Shown here: positions 51,564 through 61,017 of the stretch, one piece after another
Numbering within the stretch: position 1 is the first letter of the stretch
Layout of the letters: every line of letters starts with the position of its first letter
The notes under the pieces: generated by a model
What the model saw: only the letters and a program-made list of their open reading frames with translations
The model's database searches: none
What the model was told of the DNA's origin: nothing
Made by a program: the position numbers and the translations under genes
Source: Patescibacteria group bacterium
GTDB lineage: Bacteria > Patescibacteriota > Minisyncoccia > Minisyncoccales > GWA2-38-27
Assembly (NCBI GenBank): GCA_020148045.1
Contig: JAHCRG010000017.1
Span: 21,229-85,228, forward strand
Direction of reading: 5' to 3'
Length of the DNA stretch: 64,000 nucleotides

Positions 51564-51908
51564 ATGCTACCAGCAAGAAATCGCCTCAAAAAAAAGAAGG
51601 ATTTTGAAAGAGTTTTTAAAGAAGGGCAAGGTTTTAAACAAGGTTTTTTATATTTAAAAATTAAAAAAAACAATCTTAAATCAAGCCGTTTTGGTTTTAT
51701 AGTCAGCAAAAAGTTTTCCCCAAAAGCTACAATTAGAAATAAAATAAAAAGAAGATTAAGAGAATTGGTTAAAATAAAATTACCCGAAATTAAAAAAGGA
51801 ATAGACGGAATAATAATAATTATACCAGGGCTTGAGGCAACAGATTTCCACGAATTAGAAAAGATAGTAAATAAACTTTTTGAGAAAGCGGGACTTTATG
51901 AGAATTAA
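51564..51908 (+). CDS. rnpA: Ribonuclease P protein component
   Basis: 114 aa, basic, with an RNR motif (ATIRNKIKRRLRE). It follows rpmH. Confidence 0.85.
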   Translation: MLPARNRLKKKKDFERVFKEGQGFKQGFLYLKIKKNNLKSSRFGFIVSKKFSPKATIRNKIKRRLRELVKIKLPEIKKGIDGIIIIIPGLEATDFHELEKIVNKLFEKAGLYEN

Positions 51909-51953
51909 GAAGCAACCCTCCGGGGAGTCTCTCGCTTCGCTCGATCCAAGAGG

Positions 51954-52172
51954 ATGAAGAAAATATTAAAAAACACAGTTTTAAAAATTATTAGATTTTA
52001 TCAGGTTTTTATTTCACCTAGTTTAGGAAATAATTGTCGGTTTTCCCCAAATTGTTCACAATATTGTTATTTAGTAATTGAAAAATATGGCGTTGGAAGG
52101 GGACTATGGCGGGGATTAAAAAGAATATTAAGGTGTCATCCGTGGAATGAAGGGGGAGAGGATTTGCCGTAG
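51954..52172 (+). CDS. yidD: Membrane protein insertion efficiency factor YidD
   Basis: 72 aa with YQVFISP...CRFSPNCSQY...GLKRILRCHPW. Confidence 0.85.
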   Translation: MKKILKNTVLKIIRFYQVFISPSLGNNCRFSPNCSQYCYLVIEKYGVGRGLWRGLKRILRCHPWNEGGEDLP

Positions 52173-52197
52173 ATAATTTTCAATTTCTAATTTTAAA

Positions 52198-52905
52198 ATG
52201 GAGATATTAATTCAAGCATTTAATACAATTCTATACCAGCCATTATTGAATGTTTTGGTTTTATTATATGAATATTTGCCTGGGCATGATTTTGGGGTGG
52301 CGGTAATTGTTTTGACAATTTTAATTAAACTTTTATTTTATCCGTTAGGAATAAAAGCAATTAAATCACAGAAAGCTCTTTCTGGACTTCAACCAAAAGT
52401 AAAAGAGATTCAGGAAAAGTATAAAGATAATAAGGGGCAGCAGACCAGAGAAATAATGGCACTTTACAAAAAAGAAAAAATAAATCCTTTTTCTGGCTGT
52501 TTGCCCGTTTTGATTCAGCTCCCAGTTTTACTCGCTCTTTACCGGGTATTTTGGCACGGTTTACAACCTGAACAAATGGTTCTTCTTTATAATTTTGTCC
52601 CTCTTCCTGGGACAATTGCCCCAACTTTTTTGGGGATTGTAAATCTTGCTCAACCTAATATAATAATGGCATTCTTAGCTGGGATTTTTCAGTTCCTTCA
52701 AACGAAACTCAGCATCCCTAAAATTAAATCAAACAAAACTTCTGGTTTTTCCGGGCAAATGCAGAAACAGATGCAATATTTTATGCCTGCCTTTATGGTT
52801 TTAATTCTTTTCCGACTTCCCTCAGCTATTGGTCTTTATTGGCTAACAACTACCCTCTTTACAATTGTTCAACAATATGTTATTTTTAGGAAGAAAAATG
52901 ATTAA
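52198..52905 (+). CDS. yidC: Membrane protein insertase YidC (short form)
   Basis: 235 aa with the 60-kDa IMP core: NPFSGCLPVLIQLPVLLALY and SAIGLYWLTTTLFTIVQQ. Confidence 0.85.
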   Translation: MEILIQAFNTILYQPLLNVLVLLYEYLPGHDFGVAVIVLTILIKLLFYPLGIKAIKSQKALSGLQPKVKEIQEKYKDNKGQQTREIMALYKKEKINPFSGCLPVLIQLPVLLALYRVFWHGLQPEQMVLLYNFVPLPGTIAPTFLGIVNLAQPNIIMAFLAGIFQFLQTKLSIPKIKSNKTSGFSGQMQKQMQYFMPAFMVLILFRLPSAIGLYWLTTTLFTIVQQYVIFRKKND

Positions 52906-53359
52906 CCAAAATAACTTACAAGAAATAGAAAAAATAATTCAGGAATTTTTTGAAAAAACAAGCTTTGAAGTAGAAGCTGAGGTTTTGTCTCCTGAAGAAA
53001 AGACAGTTCCGGTAAGAATAAGAACCGAGGAGCCGAAGATTTTAATTGGTCAAAATGGCCAAACTTTAGCTGAAATTCAGCACCTTTTAAAAGCGATGTT
53101 AAGGCGCAGAATTTCAGAACAGTTTTATCTTGATATTGATATTAATGATTACAAAAAGAAAAAAATTGAGTATTTAAAAGAAACAGCTGGTTTTTTGGCT
53201 GATGAAGTTGCCTTAAGTAAAAAAGAAAAAATGCTGGCGCCAATGCCAGCTTACGAAAGAAGAATTATTCATTTAGAATTGGCGGAGAGGAAAGATATTG
53301 CCACCGAAAGCATTGGCCAGGAACCTGAGAGAAAAGTAGTAATCCGGCCTTATCCATAA
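52898..53359 (+). CDS. jag: Jag/KhpB-like RNA-binding protein (KH + R3H)
   Basis: The track start at 52865 is a TTG. I prefer the ATG at 52898, which overlaps the yidC stop by 8 nt. The R3H motif is YERRIIHLEL. Confidence 0.8.
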   Translation: MINQNNLQEIEKIIQEFFEKTSFEVEAEVLSPEEKTVPVRIRTEEPKILIGQNGQTLAEIQHLLKAMLRRRISEQFYLDIDINDYKKKKIEYLKETAGFLADEVALSKKEKMLAPMPAYERRIIHLELAERKDIATESIGQEPERKVVIRPYP

Positions 53360-53393
53360 GGAGTTTGTTTCTGTTGATGCATTAATTAAATTT

Positions 53394-53425
53394 AAAAACA
53401 ACCCCGTTTAAACGGGGTTGTTTTT
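53394..53425. terminator. Bidirectional intrinsic terminator
   Basis: A perfect palindrome ACAACCCCGTTT/AAACGGGGTTGT between an A-run and a T-run, separating jag (+) from the T4SS-like locus (-). Confidence 0.75.
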
Positions 53426-53454
53426 GTCTTGGCAATAGATTATTAATTAATAGA

Positions 53455-54630
53455 TTAATATAGTTTTGCTCTTATTGTGACAGCAGCTTCAACATGACTT
53501 TTTTTGCAAGGATAAGGTACTCTATGCCAATAACATGTTTGCCAATAAGCAACTTTATTATTATTTAAATCATAATCACCGGGATCAATAAACACTTCGC
53601 ATTCTTTCTGCGTACAGAGAAGGACAATATAGTTCCCTTTGATTTCAACTGACTGAGGGGTAAAAGCAAACCCGTAAACCTCCAGAAATTTGTCTATTCC
53701 TATTACACCAATATCTTTAGTTTGTCCGGGCAGGCCCGTTGTTCCCCAATTAAAATCAGTTTCTTCATATAGAATAGCTTTATCTTCTGGTCCCGGAGCA
53801 GAAAAGACAAAAGGACGGATAGAGGATACTATAATTCCTTGCCATTCAAGATCTTGATAATTATATTCATAAGGCCTATCTGTGCCGGGCGCTTGATAAA
53901 GAACAGCGCTTTTATCTTTAAAACCTTTATCTTCATAAATAATTGCTCCATAGAATTTCATTTTCCTTGGGTCTTTCGGAGTGCGATCGGGGATAAAATA
54001 AATATATTGGATATTGGTTCCCCCCAATGGTCCCCATTTATCAAATTCTTTTCTAATATCACCTGCTCCACCAACATGATAACATTGTTCTTCATAAATC
54101 CTTTCTAACAAGGGCTCTAACTGTTCTTTTACTTGTCTTTTTCTTTCTATCGAAGTATCTGGATCTAAAGCTTCATTTTGAAGATCCCATGCAGTATTAA
54201 CGTCTGCCTGTTCTTTACAAATAAGAACTCCATGCTGCAGAGTAGAAAACGTTGGATACATGGATGGAATATGGAAAATAACTAATTGAGGATTAATACT
54301 AACTAAAATTAAATAAGAGCCAAATAAAATTAGTAATCCTAAAAGAGCAGATGCAATTCGTTCTTTAGCGTCTCTTACTTTTTCTACATTGCCAGTTGAT
54401 GTAAGGTATTGAAAGCCGCCATAAATCAAGACTCCTAAAGCAAGAAATCCACTAGCCCAGATCGCGAAATTAAAAATATACTTAACATAATCAGGAATAG
54501 TACTTTTACTTGTTAGACCAGGACCTCCAGGAACATCCGGGTACTCAATTTCTAGTTCTTTTTGAGCAAAGGCAAAACCCGCAGTTAGCAGTAAAGACAT
54601 TAATAAAAAACAGATTAAGAATTTTCTCAT
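53455..54630 (-). CDS. Pilin-domain fusion protein A (T4SS-pilin-like N-domain plus ~260-aa ectodomain)
   Basis: 391 aa. It has a signal peptide, then EIEYPDVPG...IPDYVKYIFNFAI...LIYGGFQYLTSTGNVEKVRDAKERIASALLGLLILFGSYLILVSINPQL. Confidence 0.55.
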   Translation of the reverse strand: MRKFLICFLLMSLLLTAGFAFAQKELEIEYPDVPGGPGLTSKSTIPDYVKYIFNFAIWASGFLALGVLIYGGFQYLTSTGNVEKVRDAKERIASALLGLLILFGSYLILVSINPQLVIFHIPSMYPTFSTLQHGVLICKEQADVNTAWDLQNEALDPDTSIERKRQVKEQLEPLLERIYEEQCYHVGGAGDIRKEFDKWGPLGGTNIQYIYFIPDRTPKDPRKMKFYGAIIYEDKGFKDKSAVLYQAPGTDRPYEYNYQDLEWQGIIVSSIRPFVFSAPGPEDKAILYEETDFNWGTTGLPGQTKDIGVIGIDKFLEVYGFAFTPQSVEIKGNYIVLLCTQKECEVFIDPGDYDLNNNKVAYWQTCYWHRVPYPCKKSHVEAAVTIRAKLY

Positions 54631-54639
54631 AACTTTGAT

Positions 54640-55767
54640 TTAAAGTTGGAATTCTTTTTCTTTAGTTTCTTTTATATTATCTATAATACTAATTATTTCA
54701 TCACATTTATTAATGATTTGGGGCCGTAATCCTTGAATAAGGAGAAGTTGGTCATTAATTTCGCCAACAGGACAAGGGTTGCCGCCATCACAGCTTACTG
54801 GCTCACAGCCATATTTGTAATCATGACATTTCCCTTTACAACTTGCATTACATTTATTATTTACCCCATATACTCCTTCATCGTATAGACATTTATCTGG
54901 AAGCGCGCCTATTTCTGATATAAAAGGCTCTATTTCTTTGATTTTATCAGCTAATTCATTAAGCGTTTGTTTTAAATCCTCTTTATAATCCCTTTCTTCT
55001 ATTAACCAATCTCTTTGTTCTATTAAATAATTAATTAATTTTTGTTGTTGTTCTCTGCCTACATCGTCTTGTATTCCCGTCAAGAGTTCCTGTTCGGCTG
55101 TTATCTTTTGATTATACCAAGAAATTTCTTCGTTTAATATCTTTTCTACACTATCTTTTAGATCTTCAACCTCAGACAGGGCTCTATTTCTATAATAAAG
55201 GATTTCATCTTTCCAGGCAATAATTCTTTTTTGATTTTCTTTAATTTCCGGCTCGTCTGGGCAGGGCTGAAACCCAGGCCCAGCATAGCAACCTCTGGGT
55301 TGACAGGAACTGCTTGAGCTGCCTCCAGTGCAGAAGCACAAAGGTTGAGTGTTCCCACAGTCGCATTTATTGGTTAATTCTTGTATTCTTTCAGCCATGT
55401 TGTTAATTTCATCTGGGATTTTTTTTATTACTTTTGCCATTTCTTTGATTCTTCCCAAAAGATCTGAGGTAGCAAGAGGTGAGATCGGGGTCTGAGGGAG
55501 TTGTGCTTCAGGAATTTGCGGAATTCCCGGAAGATAAAAAGAAATTAATTGAGGATTAATTGTAATTAAAATTAGATAAGAAAAGAACAGAATTAAAAGT
55601 CCAATAAAAGCAGACTTAATTTGACTTTTCGCTGACTTTATAATTTCTGGTTTTCCAGCCGAAGTAAAATACTGGACTCCTGACCAAAGAAGTACTATAA
55701 AAGCAAGCAATCCAGATAAAGCTATGGCAGAATTGAATATATATTTAACATAATCAGGAATAGTCAT
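54640..55767 (-). CDS. Pilin-domain fusion protein B (no signal peptide; Cys-rich ectodomain)
   Basis: The track start at 55776 is a TTG. I prefer the ATG at 55767, which overlaps the upstream stop as ATGA. It begins directly at MTIPDYVKYIFNSAI..., and the ectodomain has more than 17 Cys. Confidence 0.55.
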   Translation of the reverse strand: MTIPDYVKYIFNSAIALSGLLAFIVLLWSGVQYFTSAGKPEIIKSAKSQIKSAFIGLLILFFSYLILITINPQLISFYLPGIPQIPEAQLPQTPISPLATSDLLGRIKEMAKVIKKIPDEINNMAERIQELTNKCDCGNTQPLCFCTGGSSSSSCQPRGCYAGPGFQPCPDEPEIKENQKRIIAWKDEILYYRNRALSEVEDLKDSVEKILNEEISWYNQKITAEQELLTGIQDDVGREQQQKLINYLIEQRDWLIEERDYKEDLKQTLNELADKIKEIEPFISEIGALPDKCLYDEGVYGVNNKCNASCKGKCHDYKYGCEPVSCDGGNPCPVGEINDQLLLIQGLRPQIINKCDEIISIIDNIKETKEKEFQL

Positions 55768-57653
55768 GGTGTGCAACAGTAAAAATTAAGTTTATGGCGG
55801 CAGGTCTTAAGTATTTCAGCTGTTTCTTTATAACCAGCTCTTTCAAGCTCTTCAGCTTTATCTTCTAAGCATGGTTGAAGACAGTTTTTATAGTTTTCAT
55901 TTCCTTGTTCTAAATAGCAAGCTTCTAGACATTCGCCAAATTCCTTTTGGAAATCTCCTTGTTGTAAACAGCAGTTTTGAATTATTACACCGTCAGGCCC
56001 TTCTCCTCTGACAGAGGCCTCGCAACGAAGCAACCCCATTAGTTCTTCAAGCACTTTTTCATCCGAAATATCAGAAGGAATCTCAGAAACACAAGTTTTC
56101 ATTCTTTGTCTAATGATTATCTCTAAATCTTTGAGAATTTCTGGGATTACGTCTTCAGTAATAGGAACTACGCCAATATCTGCTGGAGTGTCATTATTTC
56201 CCTTTCCATTTATTAGATATGTTATTTCTTCTTGAATTGTTTGAATTTCATTAAGTTGGTCACTGATTGCTTTTCTTGGGCAGGGTTCGCCAAAGCACCC
56301 TATTTCTACACAATATTCGCAATCATGTCCACAGGAAACACAAACACATCGAGGAGTACAATTTCTGGAACTGCACTGGCTGACTAAAACTTGGAGCTTA
56401 TCAACTGCATCAATTAATTCTTTGTCCTTTCCAACAAGTATTTCCAGCTTATCTATTAAAAGCTTGGTTGTTCTTTTTGTTCTGTCAATGATTTCTCCAA
56501 CTGGAATTCCTGTTCTGCAGGACATCGGCTCTTCAGATTCCATTATTTCAGGTATAACTTGTTCTTTTATTTCTTTTAGTTCTTGTTCTGATAAATAATA
56601 TTCCGCCTCTCCTATAATAGTTCCACTAACTGGACAATAAAATGTTGCCCAATCTTCATCAATTAATATTTGTTCCCATATTTTTGCTTCTCTCAATAGC
56701 CACTCTTTTTCTTTAAAATATTTCTTTTTTTCTAAAAAATCAGACCTACCGCTTATCCAGTTATAGCAATCTAATATAAATTGCTCTGCTCGTTCCAATT
56801 TAGCTAACTGTTCTTTTAAAAGACGAACTTCTTCTTCTGTTTTCGCTTGTTCAACAACAAGATTATTGATTTCTGTCTGGTTTTTATTCTCAGCATCTTG
56901 AATTCTTCCTCTGGCATTTCTACACGGATCAGATGTGCAGTATTCTGGAGGACAGTCATTACAGCCATAGTGGTTACAGGGAGGATCAGGTCGGAGAATT
57001 CCGCATTCGCATCTATCTGCTGCATTTTTTAAATCTTTGCTCTGGCTTAAAAGATTGTTAGTAATTTCTCTTGTTGTTTCAACATTGCTTTTAATTCTTG
57101 GTATTCTTTTTCTTTGTTCCCAAGGAATTGTTCCCTCAAAGACCCATTTCTCAATTATGGTTCCAAAAGGAATTTCAACATTTATCGAAGTTCGAAGTTC
57201 TTTAGTCGGCGGAGAAGGGATAGTTGGCCTATCGATTACTGTAATTGGCTGCAATGCTGGTATTTTTAGATTAATAAACTGGGGGCTAAGGGTTTTTAGA
57301 ATAAGATAAGAGGATAACAAAATTAAGAGGCCGAAAAAGGCAGCGCTGATTTGGTTTTTAGCCAAAGCCATTCGGTCTGGTTTGCCAGTTGAGATTAAGT
57401 AAAGAATCCCGCCGTAAATTAATCCTGCTAAGGCAAGTATCCCTCCGGCCCAAACACATAGATTAACAAGATATTTAGCATAAAGAGAAAGGATGTCTTC
57501 TGAAAGGACCGAGGGATCGTTAAGAAAATCTTGGGGCGGGGCAGCACCAGGCACGCGGGGATAAGTTATTTCCAAAGCAAAAACAAAATCTGCTCCCAAA
57601 AGTAAAAATAGGAGCAATAAGAAAAATAATAGTTTGAGTTTTTTCTTTGGCAT
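55764..57653 (-). CDS. Pilin-domain fusion protein C (very Cys-rich ectodomain with coiled coils)
   Basis: 629 aa. It has a signal peptide, then LEITYPRVPG...LYAKYLVNLCVWAGG...LIYGGILYLISTGKPDRMALAKNQISAAFFGLLILLSSYLILKTLSPQF, followed by more than 30 Cys in clusters. Confidence 0.55.
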   Translation of the reverse strand: MPKKKLKLLFFLLLLFLLLGADFVFALEITYPRVPGAAPPQDFLNDPSVLSEDILSLYAKYLVNLCVWAGGILALAGLIYGGILYLISTGKPDRMALAKNQISAAFFGLLILLSSYLILKTLSPQFINLKIPALQPITVIDRPTIPSPPTKELRTSINVEIPFGTIIEKWVFEGTIPWEQRKRIPRIKSNVETTREITNNLLSQSKDLKNAADRCECGILRPDPPCNHYGCNDCPPEYCTSDPCRNARGRIQDAENKNQTEINNLVVEQAKTEEEVRLLKEQLAKLERAEQFILDCYNWISGRSDFLEKKKYFKEKEWLLREAKIWEQILIDEDWATFYCPVSGTIIGEAEYYLSEQELKEIKEQVIPEIMESEEPMSCRTGIPVGEIIDRTKRTTKLLIDKLEILVGKDKELIDAVDKLQVLVSQCSSRNCTPRCVCVSCGHDCEYCVEIGCFGEPCPRKAISDQLNEIQTIQEEITYLINGKGNNDTPADIGVVPITEDVIPEILKDLEIIIRQRMKTCVSEIPSDISDEKVLEELMGLLRCEASVRGEGPDGVIIQNCCLQQGDFQKEFGECLEACYLEQGNENYKNCLQPCLEDKAEELERAGYKETAEILKTCRHKLNFYCCTP

Positions 57654-57654
57654 T

Positions 57655-58059
57655 TTAGTTATTTTTCAATTCAAGATAAACCACTAAAAGCCAGCAAAAA
57701 GCTATATCTCCAAACAAAGGAATTAATTCTCCTAAAAAAGCCAGCCCCAATCTTTTAAAAATTTTTCTTCCAGTTGTTTTTATAGTTTTTCCTGCTCTTC
57801 GACTTATTGTTATGTGCCCACTACGAAAATACATCCAACCTCCTATAACAATTATACCAATTATATCGGGGATAAAAGAAAGAGCGAGTCCTATTCCGAT
57901 AAAATCTAAAATAAGTAGGATTAATCCAATTAAATCAAGAGACCCGGCAACCACAAACATGACCAATGCTTCTGGACTAAAAAGAGCTCCCATTCTTTTT
58001 ATTTCAATGGCTTCTATTTCCTCTTCAGTAGGTTCTTCGGAAGTAGGTTCTTCAGCCAT
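57655..58059 (-). CDS. Hypothetical 3-4 TM membrane protein with acidic N-terminus
   Basis: 134 aa, sitting between virB4 and the pilin-fusion genes. Confidence 0.5.
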   Translation of the reverse strand: MAEEPTSEEPTEEEIEAIEIKRMGALFSPEALVMFVVAGSLDLIGLILLILDFIGIGLALSFIPDIIGIIVIGGWMYFRSGHITISRRAGKTIKTTGRKIFKRLGLAFLGELIPLFGDIAFCWLLVVYLELKNN

Positions 58060-58091
58060 ATTTTAAACAAGAAGCTGATCTCCTTTTTAAA

Positions 58092-59900
58092 TCAAGAGCT
58101 AAGCTCTCTTTTAGCTTGTTTTATTTTCAAAAGCTCTTCAGGGGCAGTGGTAATTATTTGGTCTTCAGTATAAGAAGCTAATATTTTGATTAAAACATGT
58201 TTCGTTCCGGCAAAAAACATCCCTTCTCCGACCGGCGCCTCCAACAACAACATTTTCTCTTCTTCGGTTAGATTAAAGGTTTTCTGAACTACATTAATAG
58301 TAGCTGGGCTTTGTTTCATTAAAAGAACCAAAGATGAATTGGTGATAATTGGCTTGCCATATTCTGATTTCATAAAGTCATTAACATCTTGAGTAATAGT
58401 AGTTACTCCCAACCAGTATTTTCTGGCTCTTTTTACTGTTCCAAACAAGAAAGAAGCCCCGTCCTCGGTTTTCATTAGCCACCAGGCCTCATCAACAATT
58501 AGCAATCGTTTTTTCATTTCCGAAGTAATTGTTTTCCAGATATATCTTAAAATCGTAAAGAGAGCCATAGGTCTCAATTCATCTTCCATATCGCGGATAC
58601 CGAAAACAACCAATCTATTCTTCATATCTATGTTAGAGGGCTGATTGAAGAATGCAGCATAAACCCCCTTGGTAAATCTTTGGAGCCGTCTAACCAAGGA
58701 TTCCGCTCCTTCCATTGTTGAGAGCACTGCTTCAAGGTCACTCATTATCGGGAAAGGAAGGCCTTCTTTCCTGCCCCAGAGCTTTGGGTCGGTTTCTGGA
58801 GTAATATCTTTTGCCGCATAAGTTTCAGTTAAAGCTCTATCCATAATCCCATCTTCTTCTGGAGTCAAACCGCCGAGCATAATCCTCATTAATCCGACCA
58901 GATTGATAATATTTGTTCTTAAAACGTCCTCAGCTTTTTCATCTTCTCTGGGCGTCGGCAGCTCGAAAGGATTAATATGATGGGGAGAAGCTAAGGAAAT
59001 ATTAAAGAAAGACCCGCCAACCGCCTCGGCTAAAAACTTGTACTCGTTCTCCGGGTCTATTATTATCCCGTCCACACCCAACATTAAATACCGTAAGACC
59101 TCTAATTTAACTGCGTACGACTTACCGGCTCCGCTTGTAGCGAATATCACTGAGTTCGAATTAGCTAAAGTAAAGCGGTCAAATAAAACCAAAGAGCTAT
59201 TGTGTTTGTTAATCCCATAAAGGATTCCTTCGTTTGAACTTAAATCAAAAGAGATAAACGGGAAAGTACTTGAAAGAGGGGCAGTGTTCATTAAAGTAGT
59301 AACCATTAAGAGGTCCAGATCGTAAGGGGAGGTGCAAACAAATCCTTCTTTTTGTTGATAGAGAGCAGGCTTGATATAAATTAGCCGAGATTCCAGAATT
59401 GACCTTAAATTAGTTTCAATGTCTCTTAATTCTTTTTCTGTGTCAGCATAGATAGTAACGTATAAACTGAATCGGAACATTCTCTCCTGGGCAGTTTGGA
59501 GCTTGTCTCTTAGGTCTTCCAAATCGTGATAGGCAGTTTCCAGAGTAGGGTCACGGATTAATCCTTTTTCTTCTCTTTCGGCAATTTCCGCCTGAACCTC
59601 AGTAACTCTTTTTCTTAATTTTCTTAAAATTCTTTCACTGGCAATTGGATGTAAATGAAAAGAAATGTCCATCGGAACATTCAGATTTATTATTGGGGAA
59701 AGCCAGCCGGTACTTAGATATCTGGGAAAAGAAAAAATAAAGTAGCTTTTAGCAAACCGCTCTCCTATTTTAAGATAGTTTTGTTTAATTTCAATAAAAG
59801 AAGGGGCAACAATATCAGCGATTCCTATTGGTTCTTCAGCAAAAAATTCTTCTGGAATTTCAGGTTTCTTTTTAAATTTTTCTAAAAAAGGTATTTTCAT
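58092..59900 (-). CDS. virB4: VirB4/TrbE/TraE-family T4SS ATPase
   Basis: 602 aa. The N-domain reads IADIVAPSFIEI...YFIFSFPRYLSTGWL. Walker A is FATSGAGKSY and Walker B is LLIVDEAWW, and the C-terminal motifs are consistent with the family. Confidence 0.85.
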   Translation of the reverse strand: MKIPFLEKFKKKPEIPEEFFAEEPIGIADIVAPSFIEIKQNYLKIGERFAKSYFIFSFPRYLSTGWLSPIINLNVPMDISFHLHPIASERILRKLRKRVTEVQAEIAEREEKGLIRDPTLETAYHDLEDLRDKLQTAQERMFRFSLYVTIYADTEKELRDIETNLRSILESRLIYIKPALYQQKEGFVCTSPYDLDLLMVTTLMNTAPLSSTFPFISFDLSSNEGILYGINKHNSSLVLFDRFTLANSNSVIFATSGAGKSYAVKLEVLRYLMLGVDGIIIDPENEYKFLAEAVGGSFFNISLASPHHINPFELPTPREDEKAEDVLRTNIINLVGLMRIMLGGLTPEEDGIMDRALTETYAAKDITPETDPKLWGRKEGLPFPIMSDLEAVLSTMEGAESLVRRLQRFTKGVYAAFFNQPSNIDMKNRLVVFGIRDMEDELRPMALFTILRYIWKTITSEMKKRLLIVDEAWWLMKTEDGASFLFGTVKRARKYWLGVTTITQDVNDFMKSEYGKPIITNSSLVLLMKQSPATINVVQKTFNLTEEEKMLLLEAPVGEGMFFAGTKHVLIKILASYTEDQIITTAPEELLKIKQAKRELSS

Positions 59901-59902
59901 AA

Positions 59903-60535
59903 TTATTCTACTAATTCTGAAGGAATCTCGGGGTAATAGCCCCGTTCTGCCTCTACTGGGTGATGTAAGCTCCAGAAAAGCTCAGCAAGTTCCAAACTAC
60001 TTAAAGGGATAGCTTGAAGCCCGCAAGCTCTCAAGCCTAAGACCGCAAACTCTACTCGTTGCAAAAGCTGGGTTTTACATCTTTGGAACATCTCTTCAGT
60101 TAAAGTGGGAATTTTGGGTAGCTTTTTTTTCTCACCAATCATCCGGGCTTCCATAATAGAAAAAGGGACTATTACATAAAAAGTTTTTTGCATAATAGAC
60201 CCTCCTTTCATTATTTGGTCAATGAATTTTCGGTATTCAGTAATTTGGAGTTTAAGCAATTCATTTTCTTCTTTTTTTTCAATATCTCCCAACTTCTCTA
60301 AATAGCCGACAATATTAAGACGTCTTGAAAGAACAAGGATTTGGCAGGAGAAATCCAAAGAATTCAAAAAATTCTGGAATTGGTATAGAATAGCGTTTTG
60401 TTCATCAGCTGATTTTAAGGCAAAATTTAAAGAAGAGACCATTAAAACTGCTCTCAGTCCTTTATTTTTTAAAATAATGATTCCTTCTCTAACTTGGTCA
60501 AATTCTAAAAAATCTTGAGTGGAAAGCATCGTCAT
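59903..60535 (-). CDS. VirB4 N-terminal-domain-like protein (no ATPase domain)
   Basis: 210 aa. TQDFLEFDQVREGIIILKNKGLRAVLMVSSLNFALKSADEQNAILYQFQNFLNSLDF matches my memory of the N-termini of Gram-positive VirB4/TraE proteins. This is an impression only. Confidence 0.4.
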   Translation of the reverse strand: MTMLSTQDFLEFDQVREGIIILKNKGLRAVLMVSSLNFALKSADEQNAILYQFQNFLNSLDFSCQILVLSRRLNIVGYLEKLGDIEKKEENELLKLQITEYRKFIDQIMKGGSIMQKTFYVIVPFSIMEARMIGEKKKLPKIPTLTEEMFQRCKTQLLQRVEFAVLGLRACGLQAIPLSSLELAELFWSLHHPVEAERGYYPEIPSELVE

Positions 60536-60593
60536 TTTAACATTTCAACATTTCATTTTGTTAGTATGTTAAAATGTTAGTATGTTAGGATGT

Positions 60594-61016
60594 TTATTTT
60601 GTTTCTATGCGCGTAAATAGTTCATCTAATCTGCTGCCTTTGGTGACTTTCAATTCTGATTTTTTCTCAATTTCTTCCTCTTTTTTCTCAATTTCTTTTT
60701 CCTTTACTTTTTCTTTTCTGAGAAATTTTGGGGGACCAGTTTTTTTCTTCCAGAGATAAATCTTAGGTTTGAAAATAAAAATAAAAAAGTTTTTTATAAA
60801 AACAGGCAGAGAGGTCTTCCCAACCTTTAGGAGAGCTAAAGCAAAGGCCCCTCCTAATAAAATTATCGCCGCGATTATAAAAACGGAAAGGGGGAGGACA
60901 AAAAAAAGAAAAAGACAAATCCCGCCGGCAACTCCAATAAAAATAAATTGCTTAAAGGTAAAAGGACCGACTATCTTTGCTTCTTTTTCAATAAATTGGG
61001 GAACGGTAAATTCCAT
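60594..61016 (-). CDS. PrgI/VirB3-like small T4SS membrane protein
   Basis: 140 aa. FTVPQFIEKEAKIVGPFTFKQFIFIGVAGG is followed by two TM helices, and the gene lies just upstream of virB4. Confidence 0.55.
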   Translation of the reverse strand: MEFTVPQFIEKEAKIVGPFTFKQFIFIGVAGGICLFLFFVLPLSVFIIAAIILLGGAFALALLKVGKTSLPVFIKNFFIFIFKPKIYLWKKKTGPPKFLRKEKVKEKEIEKKEEEIEKKSELKVTKGSRLDELFTRIETK

Positions 61017-61017
61017 A

